Origin: Felis catus
Lineage: Eukaryota
Assembly (NCBI RefSeq): GCF_018350175.1
Contig: NC_058368.1
Span: 31,002,001-31,066,000, forward strand
Length of the DNA: 64,000 nt
Reading direction: 5' to 3'
Shown here: piece after piece, positions 52,035 to 64,000 of the stretch
Layout of the letters: every line of letters starts with the position of its first letter
How positions within the stretch are numbered: the first letter of the stretch is position 1
Notes under the pieces: model-generated
Seen by the model: the letters and a program-made list of their open reading frames with translations, nothing else
Told to the model about the DNA's origin: nothing
The model's database searches: none
Made by a program: the position numbers and the translations under genes

Positions 52035-52253
52035 TTTTTTTTTTTTTAATTTTAACGTTTATTTATTTTTGAGACAGAGAGAGACAGAGCATGACCGGGG
52101 AGGGTCAGAGAGAGGGAGACACAGAATCTGAAACAGGCTCCAGGCTCCGAGCTGTCAGCACAGAGCCCGACGCGGGGCTTGAACTCACGGACCGTGAGAT
52201 CATGACCTGAGCCGAAGTCGGCCGCTCAACCGACTGAGCCACCCAGGCGCCCC
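52035..52253 (-). mobile_element. CanSINE
   Basis: Canonical and CpG-rich; TSD TCAACACAGGATTTT. Confidence 0.97.
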
Positions 52254-52387
52254 TCAACACAGGATTTTAAGCTATCATGAAACAGATATTAATAATGTTC
52301 TTTTGAGTTATATGTAGAGAAGAATATTTTTTTATGCAATTAGAATGGTTCCTACATTTTCAAATAAAAAGGTAAATGCCCAGTTGA

Positions 52388-52607
52388 AGGGCTCCTGGGT
52401 GGCTCCGTTGGGTAAGCAGCCAAATCTTGACTTTAGTTCAGGTTATGATCTCAGGGTTCGTGCGATTGATCCCTGCATCAGGCTCTGCACTGACGGTGCC
52501 AAGCCTGCTTGACATTCTCTCTCTTTGCCTCTTCCCTGCCTGCGTTCTCCCTCTCTCTCTTTCTCTCTCTCAAAATATGTAAATAAGCATAAAAAATAAA
52601 AAAAAAA
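52388..52607 (+). mobile_element. CanSINE (older subfamily)
   Basis: Diverged head; degenerate TSD AAAAAGGTAAATGCCCAGTTGAA / AAAAAGGTCCATGCCCAGTGGAA. Confidence 0.9.
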
Positions 52608-53149
52608 GGTCCATGCCCAGTGGAAACCCTTCCTGCCCTGGGCTTCTAATACATAGTACTCTACTCATTCTCTGTTAACTATATTTACTGAACATTGTCC
52701 ATTTTCTTTCTCTTTCCTGGGTATTCCTCTGTTTTTTTGTTTTTTTGTTTTTTTTTTAATATTGGATCGGGTACTCTACAAAAGGAGTCCTTGGAGTTTT
52801 TTCTCTGCGTGGACTCCTAACATGATCTCATTTGGTGCTGCGGTTTTATAGCAACCCTATGCCAATAACTCCTTAAATTCCAAGTTTTAGACCCAATTGC
52901 CTATGATAGCTCAGTTTTCATTCAGTAGATTTACTTACTTACAACAAACATTTCACACAAGTAACATTTTTTTTTTTTTTTGGACTGCTAATAATTGTCA
53001 GGCACTGACAATATGTGATTACAGGGGGTAAGAGAGAGCCCTTGCGCTCACGGTGTTCCCATTCTAGGGAACTCATGGAGGTCTCAAACATGTCCAAAAC
53101 CAGAACGCTTGAGTTCATCCCCATACACACTCACACACACATACATAAA

Positions 53150-54037
53150 CACAAACCTGAATGCATCCCCTACTTCAAGATACAGGTGTACAATTTATCC
53201 AGTTGCTCAGAAACATTGGAATCATTCTTGACTCCTCTCCTTTTCTTGTACTTGAAATCCCATCAACTTGACGCTTACCGTATACTCCTAAGCTCAGCAT
53301 GCCTCGAAACATTCCAGCTTGCCTCTCTAGACCAAGCCACCACCATTGATGGCTTGGAATTTTGCCGTAGCCCTTTTATTACCATCCTTGCTTCCATTGG
53401 CATTTGTTACAATTTATTCTCCAGATAGTGGCCACAATTATTAAACGCAAGCCAGATCCGTTCACCACTCAGAACCCACCCCCCACAATGTTCCATAAAA
53501 CCTAGAATACAATATGACCCCCTTGCCGTGTTTGTAGCACCCTATGTGATACAGCCATGACCTCTATCAGCTCTCCTGCTCCTCACACCTTTTCTCATTT
53601 TTCTCCAGTTATGCTGCCGTCCTGACTGTCCCTTGAACATATCAAACATAGTCCAACCTTGCAGTCAATACATTTGTTTCTTCTTAGTTTCAAATGCTCA
53701 TCCCCCAGATATTCGCATGGCTCACAGCTTTTCTTAATTAAGGTCACTGCAGATATGACCTCCACAAAGAGGTCTTCACTGATTCCCTGGACTGAAGCAG
53801 CTCCTCACTCCCTCACCCCCTTTTCTGTCTATTCCCACATCCTATTTAACTTTGTTCCTAAACTATCATAAATATTATACACCAATATTTTTATATTGAT
53901 TTTCCAACACTCTGCTAGAATATTGCCACCATAACGGAAGAGACTCATGTGCTCCTGGCTTTCTCTTAAGCCCTGGAGAAGTGTAAACCATGCAGTAGGA
54001 ATATCAACTGAGGTCTGATGAATGAATAAATGAATTA
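53150..54037 (+). mobile_element. LINE-2 3' portion
   Basis: 'ccagttgctcag..ttggaatcattcttgactcctct', 'ccaagccaccaccat', 'ccttgaacatatcaa'; ends in TGAATGAATAAATGAAT. Confidence 0.75.
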
Positions 54038-54189
54038 ATTCAAGCAATGTTAATAATCTCTGCATCACAGGACTTTACACAGAGGTGGCTCTGACATGAA
54101 ATAAAACCCTAAGCTTGATGACAAATGAACATGCAGAAACAATTTCAGAGTGTCTTTTGACACTTTCCCTCTTGTCTTAAATGATAGAG

Positions 54190-54390
54190 AAGGGCAGTTT
54201 TAGTGGTGTGGGAGCTATATAAGATTACATTATTATTTTGCATTTTGTGACCTGCAGAAGTTACTTGACCTCTCTCTACCTGAGTGTCCTCACAAGTTTC
54301 ACCTACCTCACAGAGTAATTGTGGTAACTGCATGACATAATATGCATAAAATGCTTCGAACAGTGTTTGGCACATTGTAAATGTGCACCA
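54190..54390 (+). mobile_element. MIR relic
   Basis: 'tgtgacct..aagttacttgacctctct..cctacctcacagagtaattgt..cagtgtttggcacattgtaa'. Confidence 0.75.
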
Positions 54391-54839
54391 CATTTTTTTT
54401 TTTCATTCGTGCTTCCATTTTTTTTTTTTTTATCCATTCCTTATGGTAGTTAGCAAGTGATATGCCAGAGTTTGCTGTATCCTCCTACCCCTGCACTGAT
54501 CTTGAGTGACACTTGCTGGATGAGGCAGAATGTTTTTCTGGTATATATTATCGCTAACTCAAATGCCATGCAGTTGTTTTATTTGGGGAGATCATGTGTG
54601 GGCACTGCTCTAATCCTGTGGATACAGGGCACGGTGTGGATTTAATCCTGACTGGTCCAGAATCCTCTTGCTCCCAGTGGATGTGAGACAATGGTAAGTG
54701 CTAGGTATACGGTTATGTGTTCAATGAATCCCTGATGAATCAAATGAGATTAGTCACAGTCTTTTTCTGACTCCAGATATACAAACAGATGCAGAGAGGC
54801 TCACCATATGAGATTTGTGGCTTCATTCTCTTATTAATC

Positions 54840-55470
54840 TCTTTCTATTCTCTTTGTCATCCCCCCCCCCCTTCACCTTTTAGCTTTGGAAGCTTGAAAT
54901 TGCCAATTCAGCTGCTTTTGGAGCAGGTGGATTAGCGGCGGTTTTATGGAACATGTGGATAACGGGGTTTTATTTGGAGGATGTTTAGATTTGTCTAAAA
55001 GAGCGATTGTCGCTGCTTTTACTGCAGCTGCTTCCCTTCTCCGTTTAACGCCAGACACCTTAGGAAGAAGCAGTAGGGAGTCATAACAAATTACTTTATT
55101 CTTTTCATGTCGAACGGTAAGATTCTATAACAAACTGACTGAACTCCACCCTTTCCCATCCTGTCTGGGGAGGGGGGCGGGGAAGAAACCTGATGAAAGC
55201 AGATGATCATTTTCATCACATGAGAGATGTAAAATTTTTAGTCAGAATTTCCACAATCGTCATTTGGAATGAAGCCATCGTCTATTTTTGTTGCTAATAT
55301 AGCAGTAACAGCGGTGGTAACGTTAAAAAGTGAAGGACGTACGTGGAGCGAACGGAGACTTCACAGGTCCGTGCCAGTGCCACGGCCAGAATGGGGTGAG
55401 GGTCTGCTCAGTCCTGCCACTCACCAACTTCCACCTACGAGGAGGCGAAGAGTCACCACGGAGAACACAG
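54840..55470. promoter_or_regulatory. Candidate regulatory element (CpG-retaining, non-SINE)
   Basis: About 23 CpG in ~530 bp by manual count, against a CpG-poor background. Contains a GC box (GGGGCGGGG, ~55174), CAGCTG x2, CAGGTG, GGATTA and TTTTATGG. Confidence 0.4.
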
Positions 55471-56227
55471 CTTATCTTTCATCCTACTTCTTCCCCCCAA
55501 AAGGCTAGGGAACAGTGACAGCTCCAGGCAGGACCACTTTATAGAAAGTGATAGAGATTTTTAGGATCTACTTTTGACCCCACAAGGTGTGAATATCCCA
55601 AACCATTTTTCATTCAATAATAGGGGGCAAAATGACCCCAATGACAGACTAAAGTGAGTCAGTCTACTTAGGTTTGATTCACCAGACCAAGAGCTCCTCA
55701 TGGAACAAGATTATAGCCTTTATTTCGGTGTCTTCAGTACCTAGGATCTCATCAGTAAAGATTTACTGAATGAATGAATGAATGAGTGAGTGAAGGAATG
55801 AAGGAATGTTCCGGTTTCGGCATTGGCTAGAACTCCTGTGTGATCTTGAAATCTGTTCCCTCTTTTCTAAGTCCACTGCTATGATGCTTATTTGGGCCAC
55901 CATCATCTCTCACCTGCATTTTCTCCCCCAGCTTTATACCTGGAAACTAACCCTTTCCGTTTTTATCCCGTACTTCTGCGCAAATCCCTGTTACATTTTC
56001 TGTACTGCAAAAAAAATAAATAAATAAATTTTTTAAAACGAAAATTTTATCAGGACATTCCCCCACTGAGAAATGTCCAGTGGCTTTTTATCTCTTTTGG
56101 TTTTAAAGTCCAGGTTTTAGTTTGTACACTTGGCTTGTAATGCCCAACATAATGCAGCCTTGCTAAATTACAACATTATCTCTTGCCACCATATCTGCAT
56201 CCTGTGGTCCAGCCTTACTAAAAACAA

Positions 56228-56397
56228 CCTTAGTGCATAGATTTTAAGGCACATATTTTTTTCACATTTTAATATCCCCAATATGGTGACCTTCAGTCAG
56301 TCATATAATTGCAGTGTTTTTCCTTTCGTATTGGTACACAAAATTATGATTTATTTTACATTTTGGTGTCAACCTAGATGTAATACATGAGATAGTA
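56228..56397 (+). mobile_element. MER104-like TcMar-Tc2 MITE
   Basis: 'gattttaaggcacatatttttttcacattttaata..ggtacacaaaattatg..ttaca..tagatgtaatacat' matches MER104 as recalled. Confidence 0.65.
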
Positions 56398-57091
56398 TTT
56401 TCATCCTTGACTCTAAATTCTGGCCCTTGACGTTTATAGGCTAACTCCCAGAGTATCTACCTGGTTCACATTCTTCTAGAGAAATGTCTCTTGGTTTTTA
56501 TTGTCCCGGCTTCATAGAACATATATATCTCTTAATACAGTGTTTTCCAGTGAATGTTTATATAAGACAGAAAATAGATTTCTGTCCCCAAAGTTCAGTG
56601 AAACATTTTTTAACAAAGGACTTGCAGGAAAATTCTTGAGTTACCATCCAAACACAGCTGCTACAATGCCAGAGTAACTTTTATACAAACCGAAAAGTGT
56701 ACCAGATGTCACAGAGGGTATTTGCTCCTTGGAGACTGCTGCCAGGAAGAGGTGTATCTAGAACAGTGTCTTCTTGGTGTGAACAGTTCTGTGTCGTTAT
56801 ATGCCTGTCCTGAAGGTGTTTCCACAGAGGCTATCCTATTTACCCCTTATTCTTGCATAGATTTTCTGATAGCATTGATGTATGTCATGGAGAAGCAAAG
56901 AGACTGAAAAGATGATAAAAAGAGATGTTGCTCCATATACAAAACTGCATGGATAATATGAATAACCAACCATATTGAAACCCTCTTAATTGATGATGAG
57001 AAAGTTGACAACATTTTACAATGTAAAAAGATTTTTTATGATGTAGTCATACCTCTTTGTTTTAGTTATATTTTAGGAAATTGCTTGAAGA

Positions 57092-58058
57092 TGTGGGGTT
57101 GCGTTGTTCAGTAGATTGTTCATTCATATCCTCTTGAAATGGTATAGAGCCCTACCTTTACCATGACCTCATCGTGTATGGACATAGACAAGTGACTTGC
57201 TTTGGCCAATGGGATGATAGTAACTGTATGGCCAGCAGAGGCCTACATGTGCTTGTGTATTTTTGTTTTTGTTTTTGTTTTTTATGTTCTGTATATTATA
57301 ATGATGTTTAAGCATCTTAAAAAGCTTTCTAGCTGGGGTGAGACTGTATCTCTCTGGGCTTGCCAATTCTCAGAGATAGCAAAGAGCTCAGCCTGAAGCA
57401 TGGCTTTGATGTGTAAACTAATCAACCTGCAGGCTATATCTTTTATCTGGCCCATACTTCCTACAAGGCAGTATTCCTCTGCCTTAATCACCCCAGGGCT
57501 ATGTACCAGGCAACTAGACACTCCTGTAAATTTAGAGCTGGTCAAAATACTCACACTGGCCCATCTAAACTGTCTACCCTGCCCTAGTCTCAGTTTTTCC
57601 CTTGTTCCCACTCTCTGCCTCCAGACCACCCTCAGGCTCTCGACTGTGGCCCTTCATGGCAAGCTGTGCGTCCTGTTTCTAGGACCTGTGATATAATAAA
57701 CGTTTGTTTCCTTGAGTCTCTCCTCTGCCCCTTCTTGCACATACACTTTCCTGACCATCACGTGTAAGAAGGAGCAGCTTATGGCATGATGTTGGGCTTG
57801 GTCTCTGGTGCTGCTCCCTTTCTTCATGAAAAGATCATGCCTCCTCCGGTAAAGCCGATCTTTGAAGAGCAATGAAACCATGATGCAGGCTGGGACTGAC
57901 CCCGCAGCCTGAACCTAGGCCTGTCCATCCAAGCGCAGATTAGCCACACCCTGGTTTACACGTAGATACGTGTAAGCCATAAATGCTTATGTTTGTAAGT
58001 TAACAGGTTTGGGGACAGTGTTATGTAAAATTGTTGTGGAATAGCAGCTAATTGCTAC
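57092..58058 (+). mobile_element. MaLR solo LTR (MLT1G/H-like), split by a nested LTR
   Basis: 5' half 'gtgacttgctttggccaatgggatg..agcagaggc'. 3' half 'catgaaaagatcatgcc..cccgcagcctg..ataaatgcttatgtttgtaag..ttgtggaatagcagctaattg'. Confidence 0.75.
57285..57785 (+). mobile_element. ERVL solo LTR (MER74/MER54/MER73 group) nested in MLT1
   Basis: TGTTCTGTAT start, 'gccaattctcagagatagcaaa', 'ccttaatcaccccagggctatgtaccaggcaactag', AATAAA at ~57695. Confidence 0.72.
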
Positions 58059-58439
58059 TGTGTAAGACATGATTTAATAATGTAAAAGAGGCTCTTGGCT
58101 AGAGATTTTTGTTCATAGCCTCCATTTTTTGGAAAGAGCTACTGATACTAAGCAGAGGATAGACCAAACCATCTCATATTCTTGCTATCAGCTTAAGTGA
58201 CTCTAATCCTTTATTTGTTTATTTATCTCCCAGTCACTTAACTTGGGCTCAGGGCCCTTTGCTAGTCTTCTATGGCACCTTCTGTCCTCCTGTATTAGAG
58301 CATATACACGTTAATCTAGTTGCTATTTAAACTGTTCACTAGAATCTCACATGCTCGAAAGATAGGAACAATTTGTGTTCCCACCATTCACCATGAGGCC
58401 TAGCACATAAAAGACTCTTATAAATCATTTGCTGAAAGA

Positions 58440-58648
58440 GAGGCATCTGGGTGGCTCATTTGTTTAAGTGTCTCTGATTCTTGGTTTTCAGCTCAGGTCA
58501 TGATCTCACAGTTTGTGAGTTCAAACCCTATGTTGGGCTCCACGCTGACAGTGGAGAGCCTGCTTGGAATACACGCTCCCTCTCTCTCTGCCCCTCCCCT
58601 GCTGGTGCTGTGTCTCTCTCTCAAAATAAATAAAAAACTTAAAAAAAT
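58440..58648 (+). mobile_element. CanSINE (older subfamily)
   Basis: Diverged head, 'tcagctcaggtcatgatctc', A tail. Confidence 0.9.
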
Positions 58649-59439
58649 ATTTGCTCTAACTAATTATCTCAATTCTGTCTCCAAAGAATATGTAACTTTG
58701 AACAAGATACTTTATGGTTTTAGAACCTTTTTTTTTTTTTTTTAATGATGGGGTAGGTCTAACTTATCTCTAAGGTTCTATAATACATGTACATGTGTCA
58801 AATTTCAAAAATCATTTAACCATGTAAGTTTGTATAAACCTTTATGAGAAAATGATAAAACATGAAATAAAAACAAGATCCCCACAATAAGGTAAATCTC
58901 TTATATTTAGCTATATTTTCTCGCATTACTATTATGTATGTATGTGCATATGTGTATATATTCTCTTCTTACATTCATTTTCATGAATAAAAATGAATTT
59001 TTATATCATTAATATCTCATTCTACACATATGTTTGTATCTCATTTCATTTAAGACTCTATGATGTTCTAATACTTAAATAGAATGCTTGAGTTCATTGA
59101 ATTTCAATTCTAAAAAAAAATGATAACTTTTAATATTATGCATTTTTCCACTAATCGTAGTTTTGGCTATACCCCATTAGTCTTGGCATGTAGTCTTTTT
59201 CTATTGCATTTTTTATAAATTTGTTCATCTGTTTATTAATTTAGTAAATTAAGCACTCACACTATGCTAGTGTGTTCAGTATGGTTTTAAGCACTGGAAT
59301 CCCAGCTATGTACAAGAGAGATAAAAGTTTTGTCTTAAAATAACAAAGTTTCTAGTATCTGTACACTATATGATGAACTATAGCTTGAACAAGAAAACCA
59401 GGCCTCACGTGCCTATGTGTAAACAATCATTCCACCTTT

Positions 59440-59523
59440 CTTTTCTTTTCTTCAAGTTTATTTATTTATTTTGAGAGAGACAGAGACAGTGTGAGTGGAG
59501 GAGGAGGAGGAGGAGGAGGAGGG

Positions 59524-59577
<54 letters not shown>

Positions 59578-59688
59578 CCCAAGCAGGTTCCAGTTTGCCC
59601 CAGCACAGGGCTCGAACTCACAAAAGAGCATGACCTGAGCCAAAACCAAGAGTCTAATGCTTAATAGACTAAGACACCCAGGCTCCCC
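59440..59688 (-). mobile_element. CanSINE with (GAG)n/(GA)n expansion
   Basis: SINE body; TSD ACCTTTCTTTT. Confidence 0.9.
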
Positions 59689-60479
59689 CTACCTTTCTTT
59701 TAAAGTGTCAAACAAACTTGAGCTCCCATCTGCTGGTTTGAAGAACTATGTCTCTGTATATTAAAGAAGTTTTTCTAGGTTCCCATAGCTCAGGTTCTAA
59801 TGAACAGGTATTAAATTATTTTCCCAGGGACCTCCACAAGAAGCCATTTAGTGCTGTGGTCAGTTGGCCTCTCAAAGCAATTTACGTTATCAAGCCACAA
59901 CACTTAACATTGGAGTTGAAAAGAAAATGGTCACTTAACAGCGTTTTATCCAAGAACAATGGATACTTTCCTTTCTTTACATCTGTGTAACTGGAGAGCT
60001 CCCTCAAATTGCTTTCACAAAAGTGAATTTAAGTCACAATTTGAAGAATAACTGCCTGCAACTTTAAAATGGCAGTTTTCTCCAAACTTTTCCTATTATT
60101 TGAAAAAAAAAATCTTAAAGAGACAGAAGCTAGGGAGACACCACTTTATGGTAGTTGAGATTTCTTTTCTGAACTGTAGTTATTTTGGAACCCCAGTGTT
60201 TTGGTTTTTAGTGGTTTTATTTTTAAAATATATTTCACTGTGGAAAGCAAAGATCTGTTTTATGGACAATTATTTTTAGTGTTCTATACATGCTTGAAAA
60301 TTTGCCGATGGGGTAAAATTATCAGTATCCACCCGTAAATTCTTAGGTGAGGTAGACGCTATAGACCGGAAAGCTAGATCGTCAATGTGTGTTCATGATG
60401 CGTATGCTCATGTTTCTTCTTGGGGACGGAATATACGGATGTCTTTAATTTAGTTTGAAGTGTATTTAACAATTAGATT

Positions 60480-60868
60480 GAATAATGGATTGATAGAGGG
60501 ATAGATAGATGGGTGGATAGACAATAAAGCAACTGACTGAAAATTAGTGAAAAATTCAGGTTGTGGGTTTATGAGTATTTACTTGAAGATATACTATAAG
60601 GGGTTCCTGGGTGGCTCAGTTGGTTGAGTGTCTGACTTCAGCTCAGGTCATAATCCTGGTTCGTGAGTCTGAGCGCGCATGGGCTCACTGCTGTCAGCAC
60701 AGAGCCCGCTTCAGCTCCTCTGTCCCCTTCTCTCTCTGCCCCTCCCCACTTGTGCTCTCTCCCTCAAAAATAAGTAATAATAATAAAAAACAAATTAAAA
60801 AATATATACCTTAAAATTCTTTCAGTTTTGCAGTATATTTTAATTTTTAATAATAAAATGTTGAAAAG
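60480..60868 (+). mobile_element. Ancient L1 (L1ME-like) 3' end interrupted by a CanSINE
   Basis: 'gtgggtttatgagtatttact..aaattctttcagttttgcagtatattt..aataaaatgttgaaaa'. Confidence 0.55.
60600..60805 (+). mobile_element. CanSINE (diverged)
   Basis: GGGGTTCCTGGGTGGCTCAGTTGG head and A tail. Confidence 0.92.
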
Positions 60869-62372
60869 ATGAGTTGGAGAAGTTGATAGCAACTTCTGGT
60901 AGCCAGTGTAAGTGATGGTAGTAGATTAGTTTACTGATCTTCGAATTAGAGCCCAAGTATCCTAGTCTTTTGTTCCAGTTTGGCCCTCGGATGGATCACC
61001 TCAGCTCTCTGGGTCTCAGTTTCCGCATCTACATTAACAATAGATTCTCAATAAATGCTTGTTGAGTTAATGTTTAATAGATTAATCTGAAAATGAAATG
61101 AATTAGATGATCTTTCTGGTTTCTTTTAGGTTTTCACCCATATGACTAATTTTTAGTGTGGGTATATCAGCTCCCGCATTTCCACCATGATTTAAAATAT
61201 TTTAGCAATTTGTGTATGGTGTATAATTATGTAAATTCTTTCAGTATTGTATACTTATAATTGATGAACTAAAATCTCTATTTACAAATTAATGATAGAT
61301 CAGAAATAGACCCCTGAAAAAGGCACATACATTTTAAGTAAGTTTAGTAAGAAAGTCATTGTCAAACATAGCAAGAGAGTTACACTGTTCTTTTCAATTT
61401 TTCCCCCAATTTAAAATGTGTAAATAAATGTACATATGCTTACTAAAGTTTAGAGTTTAGATCTAACACTAGCTACTTGGAAAGACGCTGTTCCATTCAA
61501 TATAACACATTTTTGTGCTGAATTATAAGCATTCCTATTACTAGTTGAAGTATAAGTTGTTAAAAAACCCTCATAACTTATCTGGTTTGAGTGGCAATGA
61601 CATAGCAGTGGATAATGCATAAATATCAAGCAACTCCTTTGTTAACAGCTGTGTTCTAACTTATTGAGTTTCAAGCTGGGTAGAAGAAAGAGATAATTGT
61701 GACATGACACCCATAAATCGTTATAACATTATCTTTGGTATTGAACTAATGATAACCAAAAAAATTCCATTTTTATCAGACACCCAGGGTGCACAATAAA
61801 ATATTCATTTACCTTACACTGCATATAAAGCTGTTTCTTTCATCACTTTGTTTCTTATATAGGATTCTGTAATGTGGTTCCCAGTACATTAAGCACCAAT
61901 GTAATTATTATCCTCCTTGTGTACAGCCATCTAAATTAAATACCATTAAATGAAATGCTCTCATAAATACTGTATATCTTTATAGGACTATTATCTACAT
62001 TTTCTCAAAATACTGTGCTCAATTGGTCCATTGGAATTAGTGTTGTGTTCTTACAATAATGTGGATAAGCCTGAGGCTTCATCCAGGAGGAAGATGTGTA
62101 TGGCATCCGATGGCTCTGAATTCATTGGAACACACAAGATTTCTTTGGGACCATCGTCTCAGAACCATGCCTCTTATACCCCGCTCACTTCTCGTTGTGC
62201 ATCTTCTTTTTATATTTACTTCTTTGAACCACTCTCAGCAATGATCCTTTAGAAGAGCTGGACTCTTAAAAATATCTTTGTGCTCTTAGCATTTTCTCTG
62301 CGATACAGGCATTTAGCAAGATTGCCAATGCTTAGGAAGTTGCTATGAAGGAGCCATGACACTGAATTAACA

Positions 62373-62538
62373 TAGTGATTACCAAATTTGTGTGCACATT
62401 AGAATCCTCTGGGAATATTTTTAAATGTTCCAAATCTTAGGACATACCTCAAGTCTCTCTAGTGATGCACCAAAATCGTTAGTATTTTTTGAACCTCCCC
62501 AGGTTATTCCAATATGTAGACAAGTTTGGGAACAATCA
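62373..62538. mobile_element. MER5B-like hAT-Charlie MITE
   Basis: 'tgcacattagaatcctctggg..agtattttttgaacctccccaggttattccaatatg..gtttgggaac'. Confidence 0.65.
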
Positions 62539-62609
62539 GGCTAGCAGTAATTATTCAAAATCTACAGAAAATATGTGTTCATCCAGGGCAGACACTGAGG
62601 CTATTTCTA

Positions 62610-63207
62610 TATCTTGACAGATGAAATGGATGAAGAAAATGTGATACAGAAAAACAATAAAGAAAATGTTATATGTAATGGAATATTATACATTCTTAAA
62701 AAAAAAAAGAAGGAAATCCTGCTGTTTGCCACAACAACATGAAAGGACCTGGAGGGCATTATGCAAACTGAAATAAGCCAGATAGAGAAAGACAAATACG
62801 ACATGGTATCAGTTACATGTGATAACTTCAAAAAAAAAAAAAAAGTCAAATTTCTCAGAAAGTAAAAAAACGGTCACCAAGGGCTGAGGAATGGGAGAAA
62901 TAAGGAGAATCTGTAAAAAAAGATCCAAACTTTCACTTATACGATGAATAAGGTCTAAGGATCTAACGTATAACATGGTGTCTATAGTTGATAACACCAT
63001 ACTGTATAGTTGAACTTTGCTAAGAGAAAGGCGCTTAAATGTTCTCAACAACAACAAAAGATAAATATGTAAGGTGATGGATGTGCTAACTAACTCAGTG
63101 AGGGGAATCCTTTCATGATGTATACATTTATGAAAACATCACATTGTATACTTTAAATATTTTATCAATTTATTTTTCAATTATACCTCAATAAAGCTAA
63201 AAAAAAG
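62610..63207 (+). mobile_element. 5'-truncated LINE-1 3' end (L1MA9-like)
   Basis: 'acagatgaaatggat..aagaaggaaatcctgctgtttgc..ggacctggagggcattatgc..aattatacctcaataaagct' followed by an A tail. Confidence 0.9.
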
Positions 63208-64000
63208 GAGAAGGAGAAGGAAGGAGAGAAGGAAGGAACAAAAGGTAGGGGGAAGAAAAGGAGGGAGGCAAGAAGGGAAAAAAAGAAAAAAATGCTACAG
63301 AGGTTAGTTGAGTTTTTCCATTTTTAGGAGGTAAAATTTAAGGATAATACGAATCTTAAGTCATTGTTTTTCTTCTGTAGATAAAAGTTTAAAGCTAAGT
63401 ACATTGGAAGCCACTACTTCTCCCTTGAGGGTTTAATTGCTTAGCGATAGCCATCAAACTATATATATATAGCTATTTGGGTATTCTGAAAGTAACAAGC
63501 TGTGAGATATGAGTAATAGTTTCAGTAGGTATTTAGTAAAGATTATGTTGGGAAACTTTAATACGTATATGTATATGAAATTGTGGTAAGACTTGTTTCC
63601 AAAAAGGAGATTGAGCGTAAGAATTTACATAGTAGGTTGTATATTTTAATAAAAGCAAAGATGGAAGGCGTGAAATTTTGCTTTGTTGCATACGTTTTCA
63701 TAATTTAGTCAGAGAGAGCTATACTGATTTTTGGAATTCAATCAGAATTTCCCCATTTAAGTTACTAAGCAGAGGAAAGTCTACTGGAAATGCTATTGTC
63801 TGGTTAATGTTCTATATATTTTCTGATTATAATAATGATATAGCACACATTTCTATATAATTTTATTCAGAGTCAAATCAGAGATCGGAGGTTAAGCACA
63901 TTATCACCCTATCCACTGCTGCCATTACTGCTCAGGGTCAGTTCTAATTGTCAGTCATGCTCACCATTGTATCCCCTTTCCTCTGTTTATTCTATCCTGG

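Noticed and set aside
1..64000. A host protein-coding gene or a novel multi-gene system
   Set aside because: No ORF or splice-bounded segment gives a protein I recognise apart from L1 ORF2p. Exon candidates lie on both strands and cannot be joined into a supported model.

Overview
AT-rich, repeat-rich mammalian genomic DNA, most likely from a felid: it carries about 23 tRNA-derived CanSINEs including young Felidae-type copies, plus carnivore/felid LINE-1 3' fragments. It reads as intergenic DNA or the inside of a long intron. I cannot support any host protein-coding gene. The only recognisable protein sequence is degraded LINE-1 ORF2p (31878-33386, 26972-27356); the other ORFs are SINE, microsatellite or L2 read-throughs or chance. 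Older layers are MIR, L2, L1MB/ME, hAT and Tc2 DNA transposon relics, and ERVL/MaLR solo LTRs. Repeat family names come from my recall of consensus sequences and need RepeatMasker/Dfam confirmation. I found no new gene system. The most interesting signals are genome-dynamics structures: three SINEs inserted serially into one self-regenerating target site (22478-23176), an inverted SINE pair flanking an apparent deletion (10460-10767), a spacer-free ~100 bp palindrome built from a compound microsatellite (27083-27183), and a templated-insertion-like scar (9911-9964). There are also a CpG-retaining non-SINE element (54840-55470) and several unproven splice-signal candidates.
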